Below are positions 1-10,705 of a stretch of DNA of 64,000 nucleotides, one piece after another. Within the stretch, counting starts at the first letter, position 1; each line of letters opens with the position of its first letter. The stretch is from positions 186,001 through 250,000 of the IMG/VR virus record IMGVR_UViG_3300042923_000281. One strand, 5' to 3'. A program made the translations under genes and the position numbers. The notes below the pieces were generated by a model. It was not told the DNA's origin. It saw only the letters and a list, made by a program, of their open reading frames with translations, and did not search any database.

Positions 1-817
1 GCACGTCAGCAATCACATCGCCGATAGCATCGGAACGGGTGATGGCGTCTTTGTACAGGTTCTCGTTGGCGAACTTCATCAGGTCAGACGCTTCTTTGAT
101 CGCGGCCGACATGGTGGTTTGTTCGAACGGCACGAAGGCCCCGTCACGGTACATAGCGAACAACGCTTTCGGGTTGTAACGCATTTGCTTGACCGGGATG
201 CCGTAGTCTTCGCCAATGGACGACATGCGCTTCTGAACGGCTTCAGCACGCTCGAGCAACGACTGACGGTTCACGGACACACGACGCTGGTTGATCGCCA
301 TGTTCTGGAACTTCTCGACGATCCACTTCTTGATCGACAGCAGGGCTTTCTTCACCCAGTCAACCAGACCTTCCATCGAGGCAGTGGTGATCACGTTGTC
401 AGCAGACACCAATACCGGCGCTTCTTCACCAATCCCGTACTGGGAGTTGATGTTGCCGATGGCAGTGTTCGCTGCTACCAGAGCGGTGTCGTCAATGCTT
501 TCCATCGAAGCGATGGTAGCCAGCATTTCCATGGACGCCATGGTACCGCCGACCATTTCCTTGATGTCGTTGATCGAGCCACGCAGTTCAGCGTGTTCCA
601 TCTCGTTCTGCTCAAGGAAGTCACGGCAGGATTCAGACAGGAAGTCCGCGTCCTTGTAACGTTCGTCTTTCATGTGCTCAGTCACGTCAGCAGCGATCTG
701 CTCGGAGGTGATGAGGGACAGGCCTTCGACAGGACCTTGGTCATCGGTGTTGGTGGCGACTGGTTGAGTCACACCCGACAACGAATTGGCGAGCAGGGAT
801 TCCAAACTGGCTTTCAT
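1..817 (-). CDS. Internal head (inner-body family) protein, truncated by window start
   Basis: Read manually: ATG at 817, MKASLES...ASME...ASME...TASMEGLVDWVKKALL. Repeated S-x-E maturation sites followed by an amphipathic helix, as in the neighbouring paralogues. Confidence 0.75.
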   Translation of the reverse strand, partial: MKASLESLLANSLSGVTQPVATNTDDQGPVEGLSLITSEQIAADVTEHMKDERYKDADFLSESCRDFLEQNEMEHAELRGSINDIKEMVGGTMASMEMLATIASMESIDDTALVAANTAIGNINSQYGIGEEAPVLVSADNVITTASMEGLVDWVKKALLSIKKWIVEKFQNMAINQRRVSVNRQSLLERAEAVQKRMSSIGEDYGIPVKQMRYNPKALFAMYRDGAFVPFEQTTMSAAIKEASDLMKFANENLYKDAITRSDAIGDVIADV

Positions 818-826
818 GTCAGTTCC

Positions 827-2089
827 TTATTGAGCAGCGAGAGACTTGCGACCGTAGGTCAGCAGGTTGCGGGAAACAGTCAACAGGTTGGTGGTCATCT
901 GATCCACCGGGCCAATGGCCCACCCTGCGTAGTTGCGTACAAAACGAAGCACGCTTTCATCAGCCCCAGTGCCGTCCGAAGAGGCCGTGGCTTGGAAGCG
1001 TTCACCGGCACGCAAGACATTCTTGATCTGAGCTTCGACTTTGTTGAAACCAATCGAGCGCTCTTGAGCATCAATCACGTCCAGGATCTCGACCACGCGC
1101 TTGGCAATGATCTCGACCTGCATCCCACTGGCTGCTTTCACAGACCCGGAGATGATGCTGGCGGAGTTGACACTGGTCAGGGCAAACTTCACCCCAGTGG
1201 TTCGCACAGCTTGTGCAAAGCCCAGAGGGTTAGCGGCAGCAAGGCCGCGTTGCTCAGGTTCCAGCGTCAGGAAGAACAGCGACCACCCACCGATGATCGG
1301 AGGAGCAGTCAGGGTCAGGCGACGACCAAAGCGAGGGTCACGGTACACCATGGCCTTCATCTTCGACGCAATCTGATCCACAGGCATGGTGGAGAACAGG
1401 TTGGACACCTCGTTCAACTTGGAGGTACCTGCGTTACCATCAGTGAGCATGCGTTCAAACTGCTTACCGATTTCCAACATGCCAGGACCGTACGCGTCAG
1501 TGAAGATCTTGTACTGGTCCAGCGCTGCACTGACCGACCGGATGATGGCATCTGGATCAGACAATACGTTGCTACCGGCGATCAAGGACTTGATCTCAAG
1601 ACCTAGGTCGATGTTCGGTTTACGCACGGTGCCGTAACGGCGCACAGCAGCTTGTTTGGCGAGGTGTTGAGCCGAGATGCGCAGACGGCCACGGTACGTG
1701 GAGATCTTGCCCCAGAAGCCTTTGAGGGACTTCAGGAGAGACAGGATCGCACCAACCAACCGCTTCCACAGTTCCTTGAGGCGATCCTTCAAAGATTCCG
1801 TGGAGACAGTACCGTTCTCGTGACCTTCCAGCTCAGGGATGATGTCAGCGACTGTCAGTCCGATGTTACCGATGAGGTTTTCGAAGCTGACAGTAATGGA
1901 GGCCTTGTGGCCCGGAGTAACAACTTCATGGCTGCCCAGATGGTTGATCAGGGCTTCCAGTGAGTCGGTGGCATTGAGCAGTGATTCGAGTTGGGCTTTC
2001 CCTTGGAAGAGACTACGCTCCGCTTCAAGGACGTCTACGAACCCCTCACTCTCGTTGCCCGCAATTGCTGGCAGTTCTTCATCAGACAT
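827..2089 (-). CDS. Internal head protein (phiKZ paralogous head family)
   Basis: 420 aa with acidic propeptide and VSTE|SLKDRLKELWKRL motif; lies in the structural block. Confidence 0.75.
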   Translation of the reverse strand: MSDEELPAIAGNESEGFVDVLEAERSLFQGKAQLESLLNATDSLEALINHLGSHEVVTPGHKASITVSFENLIGNIGLTVADIIPELEGHENGTVSTESLKDRLKELWKRLVGAILSLLKSLKGFWGKISTYRGRLRISAQHLAKQAAVRRYGTVRKPNIDLGLEIKSLIAGSNVLSDPDAIIRSVSAALDQYKIFTDAYGPGMLEIGKQFERMLTDGNAGTSKLNEVSNLFSTMPVDQIASKMKAMVYRDPRFGRRLTLTAPPIIGGWSLFFLTLEPEQRGLAAANPLGFAQAVRTTGVKFALTSVNSASIISGSVKAASGMQVEIIAKRVVEILDVIDAQERSIGFNKVEAQIKNVLRAGERFQATASSDGTGADESVLRFVRNYAGWAIGPVDQMTTNLLTVSRNLLTYGRKSLAAQ

Positions 2090-2201
2090 GACAAATGCTC
2101 GTTAAGGATGGAGGAGGACAATTCACCATAGAATTCGTTCAAACGGAATAAAAGATGTCCACCCAGCCGTAGCCAGGTGGACATCTCTAGCCGAGAGCTA
2201 C

Positions 2202-3506
2202 TTAGGCTGCCGGAGCAGCGGCCGCAGCAGCGTCAGCTTTCTTGGCCGCTTTGCCGTACTGGGACAGTACTTTGGCGCCGAAGGAAGCGGAGGCTTTGGC
2301 AGCACTGCCCATGAAGGACAGATACTGGTGCGAGCAACCGGTGGTCAGGCGAGCAGCTTTGTTCAGCTTGGCCAGAACGGCTTTGGCGGAACCAGCTTCG
2401 GTCTTGTCCAGGGTATCGCCTTTGGCAACCAGGCTGTTACCGGCCTTGACTGCGTCGTTGATGCCCTTTTCAGCAGCGCCAGCAACCGACTTCGAGGAGA
2501 TGATCAGTTTGCCCATGTTGATGATCTGATCAGCCAGTTTGCTGATTTCGTCAACGGAAGGCAGATCGAACTCGGCGGCGGTGACTTTGGCAGTCTTGTC
2601 TTGCGACAGTTTCAGGCTGGCTTCGGCCAAGCCGTCCAGACCTTCTTTGTTGCCGACGGTCAGGTCGAAGAAGTAGCCGCCAGGCAGCTTGCCCTTCATG
2701 TCTTCGGTCAGGCAGGCTTCGACGTTGATCGAGCCAGCGACTGCTTTCAGACGGTCAGGATGAACTTCACCTTTCTGGATTGCCTGGTACAGCGGGTTCA
2801 GCGCGGCCAGGATCTTGTTGGTGTAGTTCTTCACGCCTACGTCGTAGCCGTGGTTGATCGCAGCCAGGGCTTGAGCAGGAGCGCACTTGCCGCCAACGAC
2901 GACGAAGTTCAGCGCCATGCCCAGGTTGATCTTGGCAGCGGCAGGGTTCTGGCCTTTGGCAGCGGCAGCGCGTTGCTTCAGCGACTGACCAGCAGCAACG
3001 ACGGCAGGACCGGATTTGCCCATGGTGGCGAAGAAGTTCTTCACGGCAGCCCAAGCGCCTTGAACGGCGTTCTTGATGGCTTCCCAGATTTTGCTCAGCA
3101 GGGCTTTCGCGCCTTCCAGAGCTTCCATCGAGGCTTGCAGCTTGTCGCCGGTACCGCCGAAGGATTCGGTGGAGACGGTGTATTCCGAAGCATCGAGTGG
3201 CAGGCGGCGAGTGGCGATTGCCAGCGCACGGCCGTGAACGTCAGCAGCTTGAGGGCTCATGCCGCCGTCGGCAATGGCGCTTTCCAGGGAAGCGATCAGG
3301 CTTTCCATGCTGTCGGCAGCTTGCGACAGTTCTTCAACAGCTTCGTCGTGCTCTTCGACGATAGCGGAATCACCGCGGGCTTCTTCCAGAACCTCGTCAA
3401 CAGCGACGATGGTTTCTTCGGTTACCGGGTTGATTTCTTGGCTGGCATTTGGATCAATGCCTTCCATGGAGACGTTCAGAGCACTGTGCAGAATCGAGTT
3501 ACGCAT
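2202..3506 (-). CDS. Internal head protein (phiKZ gp93-like family)
   Basis: Ala-rich, with VSME/VSTE/ASME sites followed by LLSKIWEAIKNAV; strongly biased codons. Start taken at MRNS. Confidence 0.8.
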   Translation of the reverse strand: MRNSILHSALNVSMEGIDPNASQEINPVTEETIVAVDEVLEEARGDSAIVEEHDEAVEELSQAADSMESLIASLESAIADGGMSPQAADVHGRALAIATRRLPLDASEYTVSTESFGGTGDKLQASMEALEGAKALLSKIWEAIKNAVQGAWAAVKNFFATMGKSGPAVVAAGQSLKQRAAAAKGQNPAAAKINLGMALNFVVVGGKCAPAQALAAINHGYDVGVKNYTNKILAALNPLYQAIQKGEVHPDRLKAVAGSINVEACLTEDMKGKLPGGYFFDLTVGNKEGLDGLAEASLKLSQDKTAKVTAAEFDLPSVDEISKLADQIINMGKLIISSKSVAGAAEKGINDAVKAGNSLVAKGDTLDKTEAGSAKAVLAKLNKAARLTTGCSHQYLSFMGSAAKASASFGAKVLSQYGKAAKKADAAAAAAPAA

Positions 3507-3669
3507 GAGTATAAAACCCCGTGTTTGCAAACAGAAGGAATGAGACGCAGACGGAGCCTAGGACAGTTCCGCATCTCTGCACACAATAGGTGCTTTTTGA
3601 CAACGATGCGGCTCACACCGCATCATCGTGGTATTGCCAGCAGTTAACTGGACTTGATTCGAGTGACAC

Positions 3670-4200
3670 TCAGCTCGGTGGACGAGCCTCAGTCTGGTGG
3701 TACCAGCCCGGAGGCAGGCTCCCGCCGATCAGGTTCAAAGACATGACCAGGTCGGTGAGCCCATCTTCCATTGCCAGCCACTTGGAGAGGATCGTGCTCG
3801 CGTCTGCATCAAACACCCAGCCGAAGTTCTGTTCACGGATGACTGCTTTCGAGTCAACCCTGACAATGTCGGAAGGGTGGAAGATCAACAGGTCGCGATA
3901 GTTCTCCAGAGAGAGCTTACGAGCCTCACCACCGATGAATGCCATGGTGCTGACCGTGAAATTGAAGACCCAATGCGAGCACGGGGTATTCAACTGCTTG
4001 GCCAGAATGAACCGGCCATTGCGGTCGAACAACATTTGCTTGGCGGCAGCCAGCACATCCTTCACATAACCGAAGTCTTCTGCGAAGTTGTTATTGGTCT
4101 CCATATGATGATACAGACGATCGATCACAGGGAGGTCAACGTAGCCGCTGTCGCCATTGAGGTCCAGGGTAAAACCCCGGTGGGTCTTCAAGTGGCTCAT
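3670..4200 (-). CDS. Hypothetical protein (phiKZ gp91/92 region)
   Basis: 176 aa ORF overlapping the upstream stop (ATGA). Confidence 0.6.
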   Translation of the reverse strand: MSHLKTHRGFTLDLNGDSGYVDLPVIDRLYHHMETNNNFAEDFGYVKDVLAAAKQMLFDRNGRFILAKQLNTPCSHWVFNFTVSTMAFIGGEARKLSLENYRDLLIFHPSDIVRVDSKAVIREQNFGWVFDADASTILSKWLAMEDGLTDLVMSLNLIGGSLPPGWYHQTEARPPS

Positions 4201-5084
4201 GCGTATCGAGCCTCCATCTTCATGATCTTCTCGGACGTCTGGTTGAGGTAACCTTCGTACTTGGAGATCGTGCGCTCCAGTTGAGCATCGTTCTTGCCCT
4301 CGTTCTGAAGGCGAAGTTGCTCAAGGCGCAGTTGAATGGAACGGGCGTCTTCTTTCAAGCGCTCGTAGCGAGCCACCTGAAGCGTCGAGTACCAGATCCC
4401 GATGGACAGGGCAACACTGGAGATGCCCGGGATGAAGTTGTTCTTCAGCGGGTCCAGCTTCAGGATGCCCACCTGAGGCGCGATGATCTTGTCATCGTCT
4501 TCGCCGATCACGATGTCCGGGATCGACTCGATCAACGACGCAATCTCACGGCTCGGTTTCGAGAACGTGGTCAGCAACGTGAAGAACGCCAGTTGGTTGG
4601 TGCGCAGCCACGCCAGTTCAGGACGAGGACGCTCAGCGCCATCCGGGTGTTCTTTCGAGGTCACGGACGCTTCGGCCACCAGCAGGTAATGAAGCAACTG
4701 CATCGAGTAGGAGACAACGAAGTCCATGTACCCGATGGTGCGCAGCAGCTCAGCCCGGCGATACGTGATGCCTTCCACGACGATGTCCTTGCCGTAGCTC
4801 TTCTCAGCGATGGCAGAGAGGAGTTCCAGCGTCACCGACATGTTCGTCAGGACTTGACGGATGTAGGCGATGGGAGTCATGCGTGGGGGCAGGCGAACGC
4901 TCTTGCCCAAGTCCAGTTCAAACTGCTTACCGGCTTTGGACTTGAAGACACTCAGGGTGCCCTCAGCGTTCATGAAGGTCTCGAGAGACTTTTGCAAAGC
5001 TTGAGAAAGGATTCTCAGCTTCTCTTTCAGTTCATCCTTCGTGAAGGACGACACCATACGGCGCAGGAAATCAAGGATACGCAT
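4197..5084 (-). CDS. Virion/inner-body structural protein (phiKZ gp90-like)
   Basis: 295 aa, SD AAGGAAG, C-terminal coiled coil; assignment by synteny. Confidence 0.6.
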   Translation of the reverse strand: MRILDFLRRMVSSFTKDELKEKLRILSQALQKSLETFMNAEGTLSVFKSKAGKQFELDLGKSVRLPPRMTPIAYIRQVLTNMSVTLELLSAIAEKSYGKDIVVEGITYRRAELLRTIGYMDFVVSYSMQLLHYLLVAEASVTSKEHPDGAERPRPELAWLRTNQLAFFTLLTTFSKPSREIASLIESIPDIVIGEDDDKIIAPQVGILKLDPLKNNFIPGISSVALSIGIWYSTLQVARYERLKEDARSIQLRLEQLRLQNEGKNDAQLERTISKYEGYLNQTSEKIMKMEARYA

Positions 5085-5112
5085 TGCTATCTTCCTTTAA
5101 CGGACTTGGGGA

Positions 5113-6531
5113 TCAGATACGGCCTGGTGCTTTGCCGAGCTGGTACGACTTCAGAATGTCCATCAGTTCTTTGCTGTCGGACTTGCCAGCTGTCTTGATG
5201 TCGTTCTTGGTCAGCTTGGAAGGCATTTCGATACCGCGGGTGTAGATGGTGACCGATTCCCAGTCCGGGTCTACTACGATCATCAGCATCGAGTAGGTGT
5301 GACCGAAGATACCTTGGCGGGTCTTGAAGTTGCTCAACTGACCGCCGATACGGCGTTCGAGTTCGGTCGCGGTCTTGACGTCCAGCACCAGAATGGCAGA
5401 CGCAGTGCCCAGAGAAGGACCACCGGCCAGAGCTTGGGCAGCGGAGTTCTTGGCAGCACGAGCATAAACGGTTTTGTAGTAACCCGTTTCGTCTTTCATC
5501 ATGGCAGCGCGGTGAGCGTCGACACGGTCCATTTGCAGTACGAAGTCAGACCAGAAGCCCACTTCACCAGCACGCCAGGCTCTCCAGCGGCTACGGAAGG
5601 TGACATCGGTACCGCCGACAGCCAGGGTCTGGGTCATGACGTCAGAAGGCATGGCAGCCACACGCAGACGGATGGTCACTGGAACCACAGCGTCTTTGCC
5701 GTCTTCACTGATGGTCACGTCAATCACGTTACCGACAGCCAGGTTGTTCACCTTCTCGACGTACTTGGCGGCGTTCTGTACGCCAGTGCCAGTCTTGGCC
5801 AGACGTTTACGCTTGGCTTCTTCTTCAGCGTCGTCTGCTTTCTTCTGAGCGCGCTTAGCGGCTTCAGAGTCGGCAGCTTCAGCTTTCTTCTGAGCATAAG
5901 CAGAAGCGTTGGCACCAGCTTTGACGTCGTCACCGTCGTCCAGCAGGTCAGCAGTCACGTTAGCCGCAACCATGTCACCGTTGCTGATGGCTTCCATTGC
6001 TACTTGATGTTGTTCGGCCAGGATCTCGTCGATGAACGGCAGACCGAAGTCAGCCATCGAAGCGGCGAAGGCTTCCATCGAAGGACTGCCTTCCGACATC
6101 ATGATCAGGGTGGCGTCAGCCAGATCACGGTCAGTGGCGAACTTGTCCAGGCGACGACCCACCGATACACCGTTGATTTTGGTGTCGAGGGAAACGGCCA
6201 GCAACCAGTAGCCAGTGAACATGTTGTACGCGGTGTGGACCACGTCTTGGATGAACGGGATGTTCACCGCACGCTTGTCCATCAGCAAGATGGGCTCAAC
6301 ACGCGCAGATTGTGTGAAGCGAATCAGATCGCCTTCCTTGCTGCCAGCCAGCACACTCTTCGCAGTGTCGATGACTTTACCAGCAGCCTTCTCGCTGATT
6401 TTGCTGGAGATGGCGGCCACGACCTGAGGGGTGTACTTGGCCAGAAGGCCGATGCCCGTAGTAACCAATAGAGCAGTACCAGCGAACTCTTGCGAGACTT
6501 GGTACTGCGTGAGTTTTTTGTCCATGAACAT
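5113..6531 (-). CDS. Virion/inner-body structural protein (phiKZ gp89-like)
   Basis: 472 aa with PSME/VAME sites; assignment by synteny. Confidence 0.6.
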   Translation of the reverse strand: MFMDKKLTQYQVSQEFAGTALLVTTGIGLLAKYTPQVVAAISSKISEKAAGKVIDTAKSVLAGSKEGDLIRFTQSARVEPILLMDKRAVNIPFIQDVVHTAYNMFTGYWLLAVSLDTKINGVSVGRRLDKFATDRDLADATLIMMSEGSPSMEAFAASMADFGLPFIDEILAEQHQVAMEAISNGDMVAANVTADLLDDGDDVKAGANASAYAQKKAEAADSEAAKRAQKKADDAEEEAKRKRLAKTGTGVQNAAKYVEKVNNLAVGNVIDVTISEDGKDAVVPVTIRLRVAAMPSDVMTQTLAVGGTDVTFRSRWRAWRAGEVGFWSDFVLQMDRVDAHRAAMMKDETGYYKTVYARAAKNSAAQALAGGPSLGTASAILVLDVKTATELERRIGGQLSNFKTRQGIFGHTYSMLMIVVDPDWESVTIYTRGIEMPSKLTKNDIKTAGKSDSKELMDILKSYQLGKAPGRI

Positions 6532-6544
6532 TTCCCTTTAAGGC

Positions 6545-7726
6545 GTGCCAGAAATGAGCGATTATAAGGTGATGAAACAGGTGCTGGACGTAATTGCCCA
6601 GCACGGTGGTTTCGACAGCGATGACGCCTTGATGCGCCGTTTGACTCGTGAGCAAGGTACCGGTGCCATTGGCAGTCGATTCCATGATTTGCTCGGCGGG
6701 TACAACCGTACGCAGCAGGGATCTGCGGTGCCAGCTAACACTGACATGCAGGGCTTGACGTTTTTCACACGTCCGAATTTGAACCTGTCATACGATAACA
6801 TCATGGCGTACCGGCAATTGTCGGTTTTGGCCAGTGACAATCCTCGTAGTTACAGCCGGATCATCCGAAGGATGCTTTGGCCGGACAGTATTGAATCTGA
6901 CATTAAGAAAGACAACACCATCTTTGACAACCGTCAGGCTTTTTTGCCGCTGCTAAGCAACGCCCTGACAAACATGTCCGGGTGGCCTGACTTGACCCTC
7001 CACGCTTACAGCACTTCGGAGGGGATGGCAAAAGAATCCTGGATGATGAACGACACCATTGCAGAGATCAATGGACGTTACTCCCTGGATTGCACATTCG
7101 AAAATACCTTAGGCGATCCTATATCATTGACGCTGTTTGCGTGGCTTTTGTACATCGGGGGTGTCTACATCGGCACCAAGATTCTGCCGGCTGGTTACAG
7201 CATCGTGCAGAACGAGATGGACTACAACACCCGCATCTATCGTTTCGTGACGGATTGGTCTGGTCGGTACATCCAGAAGTGGGCTGCCTGTGGTGCTGCC
7301 TTCCCTGCGGGTCTCTCGATGGGCAGTGCGTTCAACTACTCGCGTGACAACCCGTACAACGAAAGTCAGAAGTCCATTCAGACCACCTTTGAATGCACCG
7401 TGGCTGAGTACAACGACCCGATCACGCTGTGGGAATTCAACAAGCTGGTAATCATGTTCAACCCTGAGATGGGTGACGGCACTCGTGAGAAGCAGATGGT
7501 GAAGATCTCTGCTGAAGAACGCAAGCTGCTCAACTATAAAGGCTTCCCGTACATCAACCTGGCTGCGAACAATGAGCTGGAGTGGTGGATGGATCGTTCT
7601 GAGTACGACACGGTCACCAAAGGTAACTTCAATGGGGTAGTGCCGGCATTGACTGCTGACATGGCCGATCCCGATTCGTTGATCTTTGCCGGTCAGTCCT
7701 CAGCCAACGTCACAACGACTGTTTAA
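6545..7726 (+). CDS. Virion structural protein (phiKZ gp88-like, possibly tube/baseplate fold)
   Basis: 393 aa divergent ORF with FFTRPNLNL motif; assignment by synteny. Confidence 0.55.
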   Translation: MPEMSDYKVMKQVLDVIAQHGGFDSDDALMRRLTREQGTGAIGSRFHDLLGGYNRTQQGSAVPANTDMQGLTFFTRPNLNLSYDNIMAYRQLSVLASDNPRSYSRIIRRMLWPDSIESDIKKDNTIFDNRQAFLPLLSNALTNMSGWPDLTLHAYSTSEGMAKESWMMNDTIAEINGRYSLDCTFENTLGDPISLTLFAWLLYIGGVYIGTKILPAGYSIVQNEMDYNTRIYRFVTDWSGRYIQKWAACGAAFPAGLSMGSAFNYSRDNPYNESQKSIQTTFECTVAEYNDPITLWEFNKLVIMFNPEMGDGTREKQMVKISAEERKLLNYKGFPYINLAANNELEWWMDRSEYDTVTKGNFNGVVPALTADMADPDSLIFAGQSSANVTTTV

Positions 7727-7737
7727 TGGAGTAACCC

Positions 7738-10659
7738 ATGTCCAGGTCCGACCTGAATACCATGATTGAGTTGGCCAAGCTCAATCCCATGGCAGTACAG
7801 CGTGCAGGTATCGAATACCTTGAACGTGTACGCAACGGCGAGATTGAAATCGTCGACGCCAGCAACGCCATGGTCTACTTGATGGAGTTCGCTTCGACAC
7901 TGTTTGCCAACGGTGCTCGTAAGGACGAATTCCTCAACCGCGTGCTTTACCCTGAGCTGGCAATGACCCGTTCAGACCTGTACCGTCACATGAGCGACGT
8001 GGATTACATCAACGTCTTCTCGGGACCGTCCAGCACCAACCTCCTGATGGTCTATCATAAAGACGAGATCTTGGAGAAGGCGGTAGCGACTGGCGAAGCA
8101 GGCATGCGTAAGCTCGTCATTCCGCGTCACACGAAGGTCATGGCCGGAGACGTACCCTTCACGCTCCAGTACCCGATCGAGCTGCGTGTGCTGCCTCACG
8201 GCGGTCTACAGATCGTTTACGACAACAGCCGACCATCGCCGTTGATGACCCTGGAGTCGAACAAGGTCAAAGCTCAGATTGACAACTACAATCTGGGTCA
8301 TGAAGACTACATCGAACTGGAAGTCCCGGTCCAACAGATCGAGATCAAGAGCTATTCAGCTCCGATGACGGCGTCTCGGGTCTTCAACAAGACCTACAAG
8401 TACACCGACCAGTTCTACTTCTGCCGGGTGTACGCCAGCGATGGCAAAGGCGGATGGGAAGAGATCAAGACCACGCACAGTGATCAAGTCTTCAACCCAC
8501 TGACACCGACCGCCGTCCTGAAGATCCTCGACAACAACCAGTTGAACGTGAGCATCCCACAGATCTACTTCAGCACGGGTCTGATGAACCGTACCTTGCG
8601 GATCGATGTGTACACCACTCGGGGTGCATTGGAGCTGGCGGTACAGGGTTATAGCTCTGACATGTTCAAAGCGACCTACAACGACTACGACAACGATGAC
8701 AACGGCAAGTACACCTCGCCGATCTCGCGTCTGGTCAGTGGTTACTTCATGGCGTCGACTCCTGCGACAGGCGGTTCCAACGCCCTGACGTTCGAGAAGC
8801 TCAAAGAGCGTGCCATCAACAACGCCTTGGGTCGTATTGATGTTCCGATCACCAACGTGCAGATCCAGTCTCAACTGGACTTGCTGACCGATGCTGGTTT
8901 CAGTTGCGTGACCGACATTGATAACGTGACCAACCGTCTGTACGCAGCCAGTCGTGAATTGCCAGCCCCTGACATCAAGGAAGTGTCGACCGGCATGGGT
9001 TCCAACGTCGTGACCCTGAGCAAAACCATCGACCAGATCTTGGCTTCGGCGGATGTTAAGGATAACGGCCAGCGGATCACCATCCTGCCGACCACCTTGT
9101 ACAAGGATGAAGGCGGGTTCCTGTCGATTGTGGACAATGAAGACCGTGATGCACTGAAGGCTCTACCAGCCGACGTGTTGGTCGAACGTGTCACAGGCGG
9201 GGATTACTTCTACACGCCGTTCCATTACGTCTACGACGTCTCTGACAACGTCTTGACGGTACGTCCGTACTACTTCGGCAACCCAAAGCTGACCCGACGC
9301 TTCTTTGTGGAAGATAACGGCACGATGGGTGTGGGTGTGAACTCCAACACGCACAACTTCATCCGCACTGAGACAGGTTGGAAGTTGCAGGTCATGACCA
9401 GCAGCACCGACTCGTTGAAAGAGCTGGACGAAGAAGCCCTCGTGGCACAGTTGGCCTTCATTCCACCGGGTGAAGTGACTCGCGTCTACCTGAACGGTAC
9501 GTCGTTGGGCCGTGACCCTAAAACCAAGGAATGGATCTTCGAGTTTGAGTTCACCTCGAACTGGGACGTGGATGAGGAGCACAACGTTTACCTGAATGGG
9601 TTTGAAGCTGACGGCATTGCGCCTCACGCTTACCCTGCCACGATGAACACCGTGTTCGACATCTTCTTTGCAGTGCAGGAAGGGCTGGTTGAAGCCGGTG
9701 AGTACACCGACATCGACAACTTCATGGGCAAGTTCAAGTACGACTTCCGGGTCATGGGTCTCTACCATGAACAGGTCACGGTCGTGTTGGGCGATGCACT
9801 GGATGGTCTGTGGGCTCGGGCTCGTTCTACTGTGGGTGAAGAGCAATACCTGCGGTACGAAGAGGACGTGGTTGAACTGTGGACCACCGACGTTCCTGAG
9901 AAGACGGCTACCGGTGCGGTCAAGGTGGCTTACGATGGCAATGGCAAACCGTACGTGGTGTACAAACACCGTGTGGGTGACGTCAAGATCAACGAAGAGA
10001 CCGGCAAGCCTGAGATCCTTCATGCAGCCAACTCGATCATTTACCAGAACGGTGAACCGATCGTGTCCAGTCCTCGTGCCATCTTGCGGCAGGTTGAGCT
10101 GTGCCTGTTTGATGGCGTGTACTACTTCGTCACCAACACCACGGATGTGAACTACCGTGACACGGTCCCTAACCAGATCGTAGAATGGGTCAACATCACC
10201 CTGGCTCCAACCCGCAAGAAGTTGCTGGAAAAGACCAAGTTGTGGTTCCACCCGAAATCCACCGTGGGTCTGGTGGGTGCAATTGTCGACGACAGTCTGG
10301 CAGTCAACATCCAAGCGGCTCAACACCTGTACATCGAGTTCTTCGTCTCCGATACGGTGTACAAGGACTTGGCGCTTCAGGACGAGATCCGTAAGGCGGC
10401 ACGCCGTGTCCTCACCGCAGCCTTCAAAGAGATTCAAGTGACCCGTAACGGCCTTGAGAACCTCCTGAAGACCACGATGGGCGATGACGTGACCACCGTG
10501 AACATCACGGGCTTGGGTGGCTACAAGAACTACAGCGTTATCACCATGAAGGACGAATCCTCTCGCCTGTGCATCGGCAAGAAGATGACGACTCTGCCAA
10601 ACGCTACCTTCGGTGTAGCAGACAGCATTGACATCCAGTTCTTCAAACACTCGGTGTAA
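7738..10659 (+). CDS. Large virion structural protein (phiKZ gp87-like, probable baseplate)
   Basis: 973 aa, SD GGAG, beta-rich, with a baseplate-wedge-like ATGGSNALTFEKLKERA segment. Confidence 0.6.
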   Translation: MSRSDLNTMIELAKLNPMAVQRAGIEYLERVRNGEIEIVDASNAMVYLMEFASTLFANGARKDEFLNRVLYPELAMTRSDLYRHMSDVDYINVFSGPSSTNLLMVYHKDEILEKAVATGEAGMRKLVIPRHTKVMAGDVPFTLQYPIELRVLPHGGLQIVYDNSRPSPLMTLESNKVKAQIDNYNLGHEDYIELEVPVQQIEIKSYSAPMTASRVFNKTYKYTDQFYFCRVYASDGKGGWEEIKTTHSDQVFNPLTPTAVLKILDNNQLNVSIPQIYFSTGLMNRTLRIDVYTTRGALELAVQGYSSDMFKATYNDYDNDDNGKYTSPISRLVSGYFMASTPATGGSNALTFEKLKERAINNALGRIDVPITNVQIQSQLDLLTDAGFSCVTDIDNVTNRLYAASRELPAPDIKEVSTGMGSNVVTLSKTIDQILASADVKDNGQRITILPTTLYKDEGGFLSIVDNEDRDALKALPADVLVERVTGGDYFYTPFHYVYDVSDNVLTVRPYYFGNPKLTRRFFVEDNGTMGVGVNSNTHNFIRTETGWKLQVMTSSTDSLKELDEEALVAQLAFIPPGEVTRVYLNGTSLGRDPKTKEWIFEFEFTSNWDVDEEHNVYLNGFEADGIAPHAYPATMNTVFDIFFAVQEGLVEAGEYTDIDNFMGKFKYDFRVMGLYHEQVTVVLGDALDGLWARARSTVGEEQYLRYEEDVVELWTTDVPEKTATGAVKVAYDGNGKPYVVYKHRVGDVKINEETGKPEILHAANSIIYQNGEPIVSSPRAILRQVELCLFDGVYYFVTNTTDVNYRDTVPNQIVEWVNITLAPTRKKLLEKTKLWFHPKSTVGLVGAIVDDSLAVNIQAAQHLYIEFFVSDTVYKDLALQDEIRKAARRVLTAAFKEIQVTRNGLENLLKTTMGDDVTTVNITGLGGYKNYSVITMKDESSRLCIGKKMTTLPNATFGVADSIDIQFFKHSV

Positions 10660-10667
10660 CGGCATAA

Positions 10668-10693
10668 AGGCCAGGGGCAATTGCCCCTGGCCC
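10668..10693. terminator. Bidirectional GC hairpin between convergent genes
   Basis: GGCCAGGGGCAATTGCCCCTGGCC palindrome; minus-strand tail TTTATGCC. Confidence 0.7.
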
Positions 10694-10705
10694 TATGTTC
10701 GCGTG